Positions 9,811 to 20,000 of a stretch of DNA of 20,000 bases are shown in pieces; position 1 is the stretch's first letter, and every line of letters starts with the position of its first letter. A program made the position numbers and the translations under genes. The notes under the pieces are model-generated. The model was not told the origin of the DNA, did not search any database, and saw nothing but the letters and a program-made list of their open reading frames with translations. The stretch spans positions 53,679 to 73,678 of the forward strand of contig KZ538407.1 in the NCBI GenBank assembly GCA_000934665.2, read 5' to 3'. Origin of the DNA: Catajapyx aquilonaris. Taxonomy: Eukaryota.

Positions 9811-12427
9811 TTAATCTGGTGATGGCGATAATCGGCAATTAGCTGGACTAGACGCGTAACCGAAGTTATCGGTGCTAATCCGGCTTGGCCCAGTTTAGTG
9901 CAAAGTTAGGCGTAGATCTGATTACCTGCTGGTCTTGGCCCCGGGTATATATAGTGAAGACGGAATAGTTTCTGGCTGCCCCTTGGCCCGGAGTTTACCC
10001 ACCTCCTCCAACCCTCCCCGGGCTCTGTAATGAAGACGAAGTGTATCCATGGCCGAGTTGACAGTCTACTTACCCCCTTTGATTCCTGGAGGGACGACAA
10101 CACTGCGGTCTCGGGGACCCCTGTGCTGGGCTTTGACTGCTCATCCAGACCCCGTGTTGCTGGCTGCTCCTTTGCATATACACCTTCCACCTTCCAAAGA
10201 AATTCGCAGCTTCCTTTTCGGCCCGACCACTTTAGACACTTTCTCATCAGATAGGATTCAAAGGAATGCAGTTCGACGCGAGCAGGGCAGTCAAATGGGT
10301 TATGCCACTGTTGACATATTGTTGCAGGTCGTTTTCCCTGCTGCAGGGTCGTTGTAACGCACAAGTTTCGGCAGTAGTTATGGACCCTTATAAATCACCG
10401 GGCCCAGTAATAAGAGGGCCCTTGTCAAGGGAGTTGATGATCCAGAAGGGGCTTTAAAATCTCAAAACCCCCTGCTTTTCCCTCGAGGGGTGGTAGGATG
10501 CCTGTGCAGCTCATCTCTCCAGCAGCATCCCCTTCTCTTTTTTTTCTCTCTCTCTCTCTATATCTTGTTGATGCGCTTCATGCCTCCAACCCGCCCCCGG
10601 ATTCCTAATCTGTAATCTGTGTTATGTTGGCTGTTATTCCATCCCTGGACCGTCACACGCTTGCGCTCCACAGCATTATTTCCAGCAGTGAATCCAGCCT
10701 GAAATGATAAAAGCTGCAGGGAAGCCAAAAAAAAGTCATATGCATATAACTTGAGTTATACCTAGGTTTTTTTTTCCTCCTCTTGCCATTTTTTTTTTCA
10801 ATTTTAATTTGGTCGGAAGCGGCTGACATTTAATGGCGGGACCGTGAGCGAGGATAAACACCCGCAGTCGGAAAGTGCATAAAATGCTCATTACCATACA
10901 TAATGACGATTTTTACGACGCAGGAGCCCCCCGTTATTACTTCCAGCCATAGGAGCTGCTCACCTGCATGAAAACAAACACTACGTAGCTGGTGGTGGTG
11001 GTCCTTTGAGGGATGCTGCTGCTTCTCCATCCTTCCCAGGTTGCGAAGCCCTAGGAAACTGCCCCTCAGGCTTGCTGCTGGATGGAAGTGCAATTTTACT
11101 CAACGTTAAGGGAACCATAAATCAATAAAGCTGACAACGTTGCTAAAGGATAAGCAGCGGTTAGTCTGAATCCCCACATCGTCCTCACTCTCTTTAATAT
11201 CTCATGCATCCCAGAGAGGCTTCATACACTCCAAAGGCTCTCCAATGTACTGCTTGTTTTCCAACAAAAGGAGCCAGAAAATATTAGCGATGCGGCACAA
11301 CCCCTCGATATTATGTGCACCATGTAGCTGTGATAAGGCTCGGAGATTAAATTGTGACGTCGTTTTTTTTTTTAAAAAAGGAGGAAGAGGTTATGCATAC
11401 CATGATAATTAGTCAAGAGGGGGGGGGGGGGNAAAAAAAATTCCACTCATAAATGCTCTTCTGCTGTAAAATAATTTTTGGTGCAGGGTTCCTGGGGAAA
11501 CGGACATGCTCTGGGAGTTAGGGATGAATAATAATTGGACAAAATTCCTCGCAATTAAGCAAATGTCATTAATGGAGCTGTTGCATTAGTGGCTCCTCGG
11601 GATCTATACAGAGAGCCCGCCTTCCTTTTTGCCAAAATTATTGATTTGCCCCGAAGTCTCTGGCAACTAGCTCTTTTTTTAAGGACCGAAAAAATATATA
11701 TTGCCACGCTGCATGCCTGTCACATTTATTTGCGATGGGACTGAAAAAAAAATTATGTCACGTGGCAAATGTGGGTCGGGTTTTTTTTTTCCTGCTGAAA
11801 GGTATTAGATTCATTATGAAAACTTTTTGGCGGAATTGGGTCGGATGTAGGTCACGTCGTCGCAATCATCAGTTGATTTTTCCTAGTCCCCCTTCCCGGA
11901 TATTTTTAAGACAGGTCCCCCCGGTCAAAAGCGCATTGTTGCATCAAAGTCCGGACGTCGGAAGCCGGGCCTTTCCGTGTCATTTCTTAATTAGTCAGAG
12001 CTTGTGAGTGGCGGCCGCCCGGATTCAATGAATTAACAAAGCGGCTTTGATCGACAGGCCCTGCAGACATTATCATCCATCATGGTTGCCGCAGTATAAT
12101 TATCATTATTCAAGGACAACCCCCCCGCATCAACAATGCTAGTAGGTCCAGCAGGAATTAGGAATTGAATCCAAAAATTGCTATCGACAAATATATCGAA
12201 CCGAAAATGGAAATGGATGGAATCGCTGAAACACTACATCGCAACACAGCAACTCCCTTGAGCGACTTTTGTTCGTATCAATATTTTTCCCACCCTTTCG
12301 TATCGATCATACCTGCAAGCAAAGCGAGCTTAGGAAAATGATACGTCACTCTCTTCCCCCAACTGAAATGCTCCTGAAATGCATCCACAGCTCATCTAAA
12401 TTTACTGACACGTCCTTAATTGAACAG

Positions 12428-12495
12428 CTCGGAGGAAAAGGCGCCCAACTCCAGTTTTAGAAGCGATTGTTCAAAAATATTCCAGTCTGAAAAAA
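12428..12495 (+). CDS. Candidate 68-nt exon (SEEKAPNSSFRSDCSKIFQSEK in phase 2, or RRKRRPTPVLEAIVQKYSSLKK in phase 1)
   Basis: Branch-point-like TACTGAC at 12403-12409, acceptor ttgaacag ending at 12427, and perfect donor GTGAGT at 12496. Two frames are open. Confidence 0.45.
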
Positions 12496-12744
12496 GTGAG
12501 TGTACCTTTTGTCTCTTTGCGATCCAGTTTTTTTTTTTTTTGGCCACCCACTGAGAGCTGCTGTCGTCGACGCCCTTTGAACTTGACGGGCTTTGATAAA
12601 TGACGTCGTCTCTTCTTATACACTACCCCCCATACCCTCTCTCACTCCACCGCCTTCTGCTGGTAATTAACGGACCGGACACTGATTGTCCCTTAATAGC
12701 TGCTCTATCTCACCTGGACCTCATTTTTGCAATCGCGATTACAA

Positions 12745-13232
12745 CCAAAGGCGAGCGAATCGGCCATAGCTGAGCAAAAATCGCTCGCTTTTGGTACTGT
12801 CGCGAGCGATTTTCCGTGGCTCCAAAATCGAGCGATTAGGCCATAGCTGAGCCAAAATCGCTCGCTTTTGGTACTGTCGCGAGCGATTTTCTGAGGCTCC
12901 ATAAGCGAGCGATTCGGCCATGGCTGAGCAAAAATAGCTCGCTTTTGGTACTGTCGCGAGCGATTTTCCGTGGCTCCAAAAGCGAGTGATTCGGCCATAG
13001 CTGAGCAAAAATCGCTCGCTTTTGATACTCTCACGAGCGATTTTCTGAGGCTCCAAAAGCGAGCGATTCGGCAATCGCTGAGCAAAAATCGCCCGCTTTT
13101 GGTACTGTCGCGAGCGATTTTCTGAGGCTCCAAAAGGAGCGATTCGGCCATAGCTGAGCAAAAATCGCTCGCTTTTGGTAGCGTTTAGTACTGTCGCGAG
13201 CGATCTTCTGAGGCTCCAAAAAGCGAGCGATT
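12745..13232. repeat. 77-bp tandem repeat (6 units plus a partial), each unit with an internal hairpin
   Basis: Units start at 12745, 12822, 12899, 12976, 13053, 13130 and 13216 (partial). Consensus CCAAAAGCGAGCGATTcggccatagctgagcaaaAATCGCTCGCTTTTGGtactgtcgcgagcgattttctgaggct. Confidence 0.95.
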
Positions 13233-14539
13233 TCCTGCACTGAGCGACATCGCTGGTGTGACGACTGGCTGGCTTTTTGCGCCATGACCCGAACTTTCCC
13301 TGGCACACAACGTTTGACGATTCCCTTTTCCGGTGCGAGCTGTGCAAACACCTGAGGCGACGATTTTTGAAGATTTGATGCGACGCCGAGATGAGGCCTG
13401 GCGAAAACTACGCCGCCATGTAATGAAGGCTGTAAATAATCAAGCAGCATCCGCCCACGTCTCTCCCCCATAAGTTATGCATGTGGCAGTTAGGCTTGGT
13501 CTCCTTTTCCTTGAGAAAAGGGGGCCCCCGGTATGTGCTGTGTATGCTCAGGGTGAATGATGCAGCGTTTGACAATGTGCTGCTGTGTCGAGCATACCCG
13601 TGCAGGTACAGGGGGGGCTGTATTTATAATAAAGGGAGAGGCAAAGCACGAGCCGGCACTTTCGATCAGCTTGCAATTAATTAAGCCGGGCTCTGGGTAG
13701 CATGCAATCCGCCTTCCGAAGCGAAAACAGGGGGGCCTTCCTCCTCCTCCTCTGCTTCTTTCAACAAACCGCCTGCCTCCCATTCATTGTTAATGGCGCA
13801 CGGGGTTGTCAGTTGCAGAAGGAAGGAAAGGAAAAGGAGGGCTTTTGTCGGGGGCAAACCCTGCGCCGGCTGCGTTATCCCAGCCCCCCTTTTGCAGGCT
13901 CGCAAAGATGAAAAGCAGAGCATGGTGGTGGTGGTGCCTCCATAGTATATGGAAGGAGAAAACGTATTGCTATACTGCCAATTTGCACATCAGCGTGGCG
14001 CCTGAAAAAAAAGGAGCCATTCCACCAGGTACCATTTTTGGACCAACTTGCATCGACACAAAAATAGGAGAAAAATTGCGTGACAGATTCCAGGCGTTTC
14101 ATCAGCTCTTTTTCGCCAGTTGAAACAGAGTGTGGCGCAACACCCGTTTGATTCCCACGTGGCATGTGACTCGTTAGCACTTAGCATGGTGCTAGATGGA
14201 CGACTATAGTGCAGGTGAATAGAATAGGATATGCTGTACTGGTTTGTTTTGTTTGGCCGCAGTATGTGCACGTCCGCAGCGTCATCGCATGATTTGGGGG
14301 AGTATAGCTATTTACAGAGCTTGCTGTCCTTCATATATCGGACGCAAATCCATATTTGATGGAGGACATTATCAGGAATCGTGTATCCGTCAGAATCGGG
14401 TACGTCCCACAATCAATAGCAGTAGACATGTTCATATCTGCTCCATCTTGCTCAATACCCAGCGACCTTGTAGTTTGGGCCAATACCAAACATTCAGTCG
14501 GCGATAGTACAAGTTGTTTGATCGCCTCCCGATTATAAG

Positions 14540-14689
14540 AAGATTGTCGCACTGTATCCGTGTGGTGTCCGCGACTTTTCGTTTACCCTCCTGTCGAAAG
14601 GGTGACGCCCGTGACCCGGCAACGACCCTGGCGGCAGGAGGGTAAACGAAAAGTCGCGGACCACCACACGGATACAGCGCGACAATCTT
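14540..14689. repeat. Near-perfect 150-bp palindrome (hairpin; MITE-like)
   Basis: aagattgtcgcactgtatccgtgtggtg-tccgcgacttttcgtttaccctcctg pairs with its reverse complement ending at 14689, with one mismatch and one indel over about 55 bp. The loop region is also partly self-complementary. Confidence 0.9.
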
Positions 14690-16769
14690 TTTGCGCGTTA
14701 TAGTACGGGCCGGATCATTTAACATGGGCTGGCATGTGTATGAGAAACGATTCGATGTGACCATCCGGCATGCACTCCTCGGGTGCAGCTGTTGCATCGG
14801 ATATGCAAAGCGGGGGGTTTTGAACGAGTGAGCAGAGCTGTATACATGAGGTTGCGCTGTGTGGAGGGGGGGACAAACCGACCCGCATAAAGACACTATC
14901 TTTTCCCCCAAAATCGAACCCACCTTCCCTGAGGGGGTCCACGCCAAGTTGCACTCTGACACGTGCTTGGTTTGGTACCAACATTATGATTATGAGAATC
15001 CCCCAAAAATTGGGGAGACAGGTCCAGAGAGATCGCTTGAAACGCGGGTTATATGCGACTTTTTCAGGGGGGGGGGGGAATTTCCCACTGGATGTTCTCT
15101 GCCAAATAATTACATTGTGTGCAGCGCGTGTGCGCACTTTTTGGGAAGGTAGGAGAGAGATTCCGGGGGACACGGGCGATTTCCTAGGTACATACTGCAC
15201 TAATTGAAAAATATATGAGCTCTGGCAGCGGTGCAGGACCCACGAGAGGGGGTGGTTGGATGTCCAAAAAGCAGACCTATTTGCTCTCCCGTAAATTGCA
15301 GGGGGGGGTTTTCTGCATTCTTTTCTTTTTCCTGGGCAGCAGCTGGCGTTCATCTGGCCGACATCCAATTTCAACCGAAAATATCGTAGCAGCTCCCCCG
15401 TGTAATTCAGTAGTAATAGCTTATCCCTTTTCCATGGCTTTTTCATTTTTTCCCCCCGCTTTCCTTTCTCATTCTATGTTTCATGGCCAGATTGGCAGAG
15501 CCTTTGGGCCTCGGCTGCCTGCTTCATACGCCTGATTTGGCCACATTAATTTGAATACCAGGATATGTCTATTGTGCCGCCAGCATTTCACGGCAGCGTT
15601 TCATAACAATGATTTATTGTTCTCTGTGCTGGGGTGGCAAACACAGACCGTTTAAAAAAATATGTACAAAAAAATGTGTAGGCTGCCTGGCGGTATGTAA
15701 ATGTCCAATAATTGCAATTATTATGGTGCTGGGTTCAGGTGGGCTGCATTGGGAGAGGCCCACACGTGAGATGCGAAATCCGCAATGCAAATTAATTGGT
15801 AACGGTCCGAGCCCACCCTGCAATCTTTTGGCCAGCCGACCCGTAGCAAACTTTTGCGAAATGTGTTCGGTTGAGACCATGGTAAAAAAAACAGGAGTTG
15901 TTTCAGAGCAGGTCAGTTATACAAAAATGACTTTTGTCCATATACCGTATACGAATATTATATTTTTTGTTGCCAAAGTCTTGAGCACTGTTTTTTAATT
16001 TAGTTGGCCGCTCTCCGCATATGTGCTGTGCACACTGTATTTTTTTCCCCTCCTCTTTTCCTTTCCTTTTTTTCGGCTCTCATCCCAGGGCCTGCCAACT
16101 ATAAGAGAGAAAGAGGCTGGAGGTTGAAATAGGCGGGTTCCGTCGACCGAAATTCATGCAGGATGCGGCACACTCTGAGTGAACTTGTTGTGCAGTAAAT
16201 TCCACTAACTTTAATCATTAATTTCTCCTCCTGCTTTGCTGCCTCGCTTGCTACAACCTCAGCCTGCGATAATAAAAGTGGCTAGGAGGAGACTTGCATT
16301 ACAGTAATTGGAAAAGCAAATGCAGGCCGATGCAGGGAGACCTTGTACACATGTACTGCACACAAAAAAATAACATTCCAGGCTTACTAACCTGTCCCGA
16401 TTGCTGATCGAGTACGTGAGATATGCCAAAAAAATCACTGGCGTAATTAATGCCATTGTGACGTTGGAAAATATTGTTTGCAGAGGTGGTTAAAGTAGTA
16501 CTTGGGGGAGTGGGTCATTACGCAGGGCTGGTGTGATTACGCTTTGAGGCCTAATTATTGCGCCTGTTACATGCAGTGTCAGAGAGCGGATTCCGATACA
16601 CGTATCGGTGCGTTGATAATGAGTGTTTTTTTTCCACCCGCCAAAACTCTCTGTGCCACCCAGGTGCCACCTGAGTGTCGTTACTGGTCACATAATTGAA
16701 CCGCATTCAATTATCGCTCTATGACCGCCCATACACACAGGGTGAACTGGACATTCATATCTCTCTTTT

Positions 16770-17518
16770 TAAAAAATCGAGTGAAAATTTCACACTTTAA
16801 AAAGGAGAAATTTTGCAAAATGCATTTTTTTTGGAGTTAATAACTCAAATCGAGTGGAAAAATTACTCGAAAGAAGAGTGGAACTGACGAGTGGGAGACT
16901 ACTCTCTTTCAGTGAGTGAAACCCTTTTCACCCCCATTTGAGTATAGGGCTTTCGCTCGAATCTGAGTCATTTCGCTCAAATATAAATGATCGCTCGAGT
17001 GAATGATCGAGTGATTTCCGCTCAAAAAGAGTGGGAGTCAAATCAAGTATGAGAAAGAGTGGAAAACAGTTGAAGATTTTTAGACTCTTAAAAATTTTCG
17101 ACTGTTTTCCGCTCTTTCTCATTTTTTTATTTGGATTTTTTGAGCGGAAATCACTCCACTCTAAAAATTTCGGGTGTTTTCCACTCAATTTCAGTAATTT
17201 TCTTAGTTGATATTTTAGAGTGGAGAAAATTACTCAAATTGAGTGGAATATCAACTGAGTGGATATTTTAGAGTAGAAAAAATTACTCAAATCGAGTGGA
17301 AATTGAGTGGATATTTTAGAGTGGAGAAAATTATTCAAATTGAGTGGAAATTGAGTGGAATATCAACTGAGTGGATATTTTAGAGTGGAGAAAATTATTC
17401 AAATTGAGTGGAAATTGAGTGGAATATCAACTGAGTGGATATTTTAGAGTGGAGAAAATTACTCAAATTGAGTGGAAAGCACCCGAAATTTTTTAGAGTG
17501 GATTTTTTTTTACAGTTG
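16770..17518. mobile_element. AT-rich GAGTGG-motif element with two adjacent fold-backs and an internal tandem array; possibly a non-autonomous CACTA/EnSpm-like relic
   Basis: IRs at 17009-17028/17137-17156, 17049-17082/17089-17122 and 17155-17203/17453-17502. Tandem units start at 17209, 17262, 17310, 17374 and 17438. The right end TTTTTTTTACAGTTG resembles a CACTGTAAAAAA-type terminus; a matching left terminus was not found, so the superfamily is tentative. Confidence 0.6.
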
Positions 17519-19111
17519 ATTCGTGATGTGGGCTGTGCGTCTTAAGTTGCTCACTTTGAAACTGACATTGGAGGCATGCACGTATGTTTCTGAACAATAA
17601 GATTGAGGGGGGGCGATCTACATAAACCTTGTTTTGCTCCTCCCCCCCCCCCCCTACCGACTCCCAAAATTCAATTGGGTCTCCATCAGTGTGTAAAGCA
17701 CGGTTGTGACAATGGTTGGGTTTGGGAGCGCAGCCCTTGTATGCTAAATTCTCGTTGTCTAATTAGGCTGGAAATTACGTGCTTTCCAGGCGGAGGAGAC
17801 TATATATGTTGGGAGGGGGGGGGAGGGTTGGTGTGCATTATTATACTTGCTTGTTGTCATTGGATATTGATTCCAGCCGGCCGGGTGCCTATCAGCACAA
17901 TGGAAGCCGCTTTTGATCTGTTGCGAATTTATCATTTCTGCCATGCTGGTTGCACAGGGTGAACCATTTTTTTCGGACATCATTCTCTCTCTCCTTGAAT
18001 TTGTTACCCTCTCAGCATCGCGGAAGGATCCAATTTATCAGCGATCAAGCCGCGTTGCAAATATTAACCGCCGGGTTCCCCGCATAAACATACAGTACAA
18101 CGAGTCTGGGGCCAAAATCGGACAAACACATTTTCGACTTCAAAGCGAGCGCTTCAAAGGGATTATTCATAATTTTTTTTTTTTTGTATGTGTGTTGTGC
18201 TTCCAACCTCCCCCCTTTTCCAACCCCCCTCTCTTCCAACCCCATGTGTTTTTGCCCGCTTACCTTGAATACTGGTGCGGTCGACCAGGGGGAAAGCGAG
18301 AGGAATTATTTCAACTCCCCCAAAACCATCATTGCTGCATACACATCAAGTACAAAATGTGCGCACGTAGACTGGATCGGACTTCTGCGAGGATATACTC
18401 AATCTGTGTACATACACGCGGAGTTTGCACATAGCCTGTACCTCCCCAAAAATAAATGGCCGGATCGACAATATTTCCGGGATTGCTGACTTTTGCTTTA
18501 AAGTAGTTTGAGGAGTTAGTCCAAAGGAGATAGTGGAGCTAATTAGGAGCAGACGATAGGGATAATGGATGGTAATAGATGGCCGTTTCGGGTGTTAATT
18601 GCTGGCTCTCGACTCATCCCGCTAATCCGGGAAATTTGGGTTCATGGTTGCCAGGTAGTGCGCAGCAAATCCGACAAATTTGGAAGCACCCTAGACGCCT
18701 TAGGAAATCAAAAAGCCACATGTACTACATGGACAATCCGGACTTTGGATCCCCCCTCCTCCGGATAATTCGGATTTATTTCGTATAAAGAAGAGAGGGT
18801 GGTGGTGGTGGGGGTTATTTTCATTCCGATTTGCAGCACCACTCGGGCCTTTGCTGCTGCCGAGCACATTATTGATCAGGCTTCTGGTTCGAGACATACT
18901 TGCGGCGGCACAATAAATCCGGAAGGAATAACCGGAGACTTTGTCGAGGGGTGCGGGGGGAAGGCGGACTCCCTTTGTAACTGCGAGCACTATGATTAAG
19001 TTTATTGATGTTTCAGAAGCAGCAGCATCTCCAAGAGGACCCCCACCTCTTATTGGCTGGAAACTATTTCCAGGGTTTGAAACCCTCTCTCTCTCTCTCT
19101 TTTTTATGTAG

Positions 19112-19129
19112 CCAAGTTTGCGCTCACAG
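19112..19129 (+). CDS. Candidate 18-nt frame-preserving microexon (CCAAGTTTGCGCTCACAG)
   Basis: Long (CT)n/T tract followed by atgtag acceptor; donor CAG|gtacat is moderate. Frame not determinable. Confidence 0.4.
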
Positions 19130-19475
19130 GTACATTGTGCTGCTTGTTAAGGTTTCCGTGTTGCAGGCGATAATTTCCACCGGTCCGCCATTTTCACAAG
19201 GGGCTTCAGAGTCATTAAAGGGTGGACAGCAGCAGCAGCATGGAGAGCGTGGGCGTCTTCTTCCCTTTGAACCAAGCTTGTTACTGCCTGGAAATTATTG
19301 CAGAGTCTTGTCACAATGGGAAACTTGCAGCGGACATTGTAATGGCACAACGGCCTCTCTCTGTCTCTTGTGCGGCTCGGTTCTCACACACGATATAATC
19401 AACGTTGAGAGAATCCGGAGAAAAATCTAATCAGGCCGCCGCTTGCCTTTGTTGCTCGCTGCTTGTTACCTGCAG

Positions 19476-19499
19476 TCGAAACCTTATTATCAGCACAGG
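19476..19499 (+). CDS. Candidate 24-nt frame-preserving microexon (TCGAAACCTTATTATCAGCACAGG)
   Basis: TGC-rich pyrimidine tract gcttgcctttgttgctcgctgcttgttacctgcag and near-perfect donor AGG|gtgagt. Open in all frames. Confidence 0.55.
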
Positions 19500-20000
19500 G
19501 TGAGTCGGAATTATCGGGAGGAAAAGGATCCTACAATTAGTCTGGACCTCGGCGCTGACAACATTAATCGACATTATTTTCTAGTAGAGGATTGCCAAAT
19601 TATACAAGGAAAGTGAAAACTACGGTAACTACTACCTGTATAAACGATGAGTCAACGCGGACAGACAGAATAAGGCGATTAGTATGCAGGATATCCGGCC
19701 AAGTTGCGAGTGTCAACAATGTCACATGGCAACTAGCGAGGTGCGACTCCAAGAGCTATTCTTAGGCTGCATGCATTACACGTGGTGGGAAACCACGCTC
19801 GGAATTATGCATTTGAAATTTATTCGCAACAAAATTTGCAATGCGCAGGTTTTTCAATTAATTAGTCACTCGTTTGGTAAACCACTGTGAGTTGGTGGTT
19901 GCCTGTGCGTCAGGATGAGAGTGGGCGTGAAGCTGGAAAGCAATAGAAATGAATGAGTTGTCCGCTATATATGCGTATGGTTAGATGAGTGGGGGGGGGG

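Noticed and set aside
9906..10364. Overlapping ORFs on both strands with a minus-strand GTAAGT donor near 10073
   Set aside because: No good acceptor, no recognisable homology, and no partner exons on the minus strand.
12745..13232. CRISPR-like array of palindromic repeats
   Set aside because: The sequences between the hairpins are near-identical rather than unique spacers, there are no cas genes, and the context is eukaryotic.
12705..13471. Long minus-strand ORFs (148, 202 and 146 aa)
   Set aside because: They are translations of the 77-bp tandem repeat; the same peptides recur across frames.
17913..18434. 173-aa ORF with an acceptor-like site near 18015
   Set aside because: No recognisable domain, no good donor, and it runs through T and C homopolymers.
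3515..19774. About ten TGCATG (Rbfox) hexamers
   Set aside because: Only modestly above chance for 20 kb, two lie inside a palindromic element, and none clusters tightly next to an exon.

Overview
Eukaryotic, most likely invertebrate animal, genomic DNA. No prokaryotic genes, RNA genes or CRISPR array are evident, and almost all ORF-track entries look like chance ORFs in intronic or repetitive DNA. The best reading is one + strand gene whose small exons are scattered over the window (candidates 1360-1380, 4618-4643, 6672-6804, 7415-7486, 8642-8664, 12428-12495, 19112-19129, 19476-19499) and which runs off the right end. The first four exons join in phase into a Cys-rich peptide (MGRPRAPVFFVQPSSRTFDKPKNRPFITMGAFRGYLRVFCPSASEDCTQDKTDGCCVGEEVNPKCCCWEKIPCLFDSVGEPPQQ) that I cannot assign to a family; the frame downstream is ambiguous. 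The introns hold many palindromic MITE-like elements (including a nested double hairpin at about 3158-3711), a 77-bp hairpin-unit satellite, a Ty3/gypsy-type integrase relic, and an inverted pair of dispersed repeats flanking three exons. A phased triple of CTCF-like motifs and a G-quadruplex motif lie upstream of the ATG. I cannot support a claim of a clearly novel system; the microexon-rich gene and the hairpin elements are the best leads.
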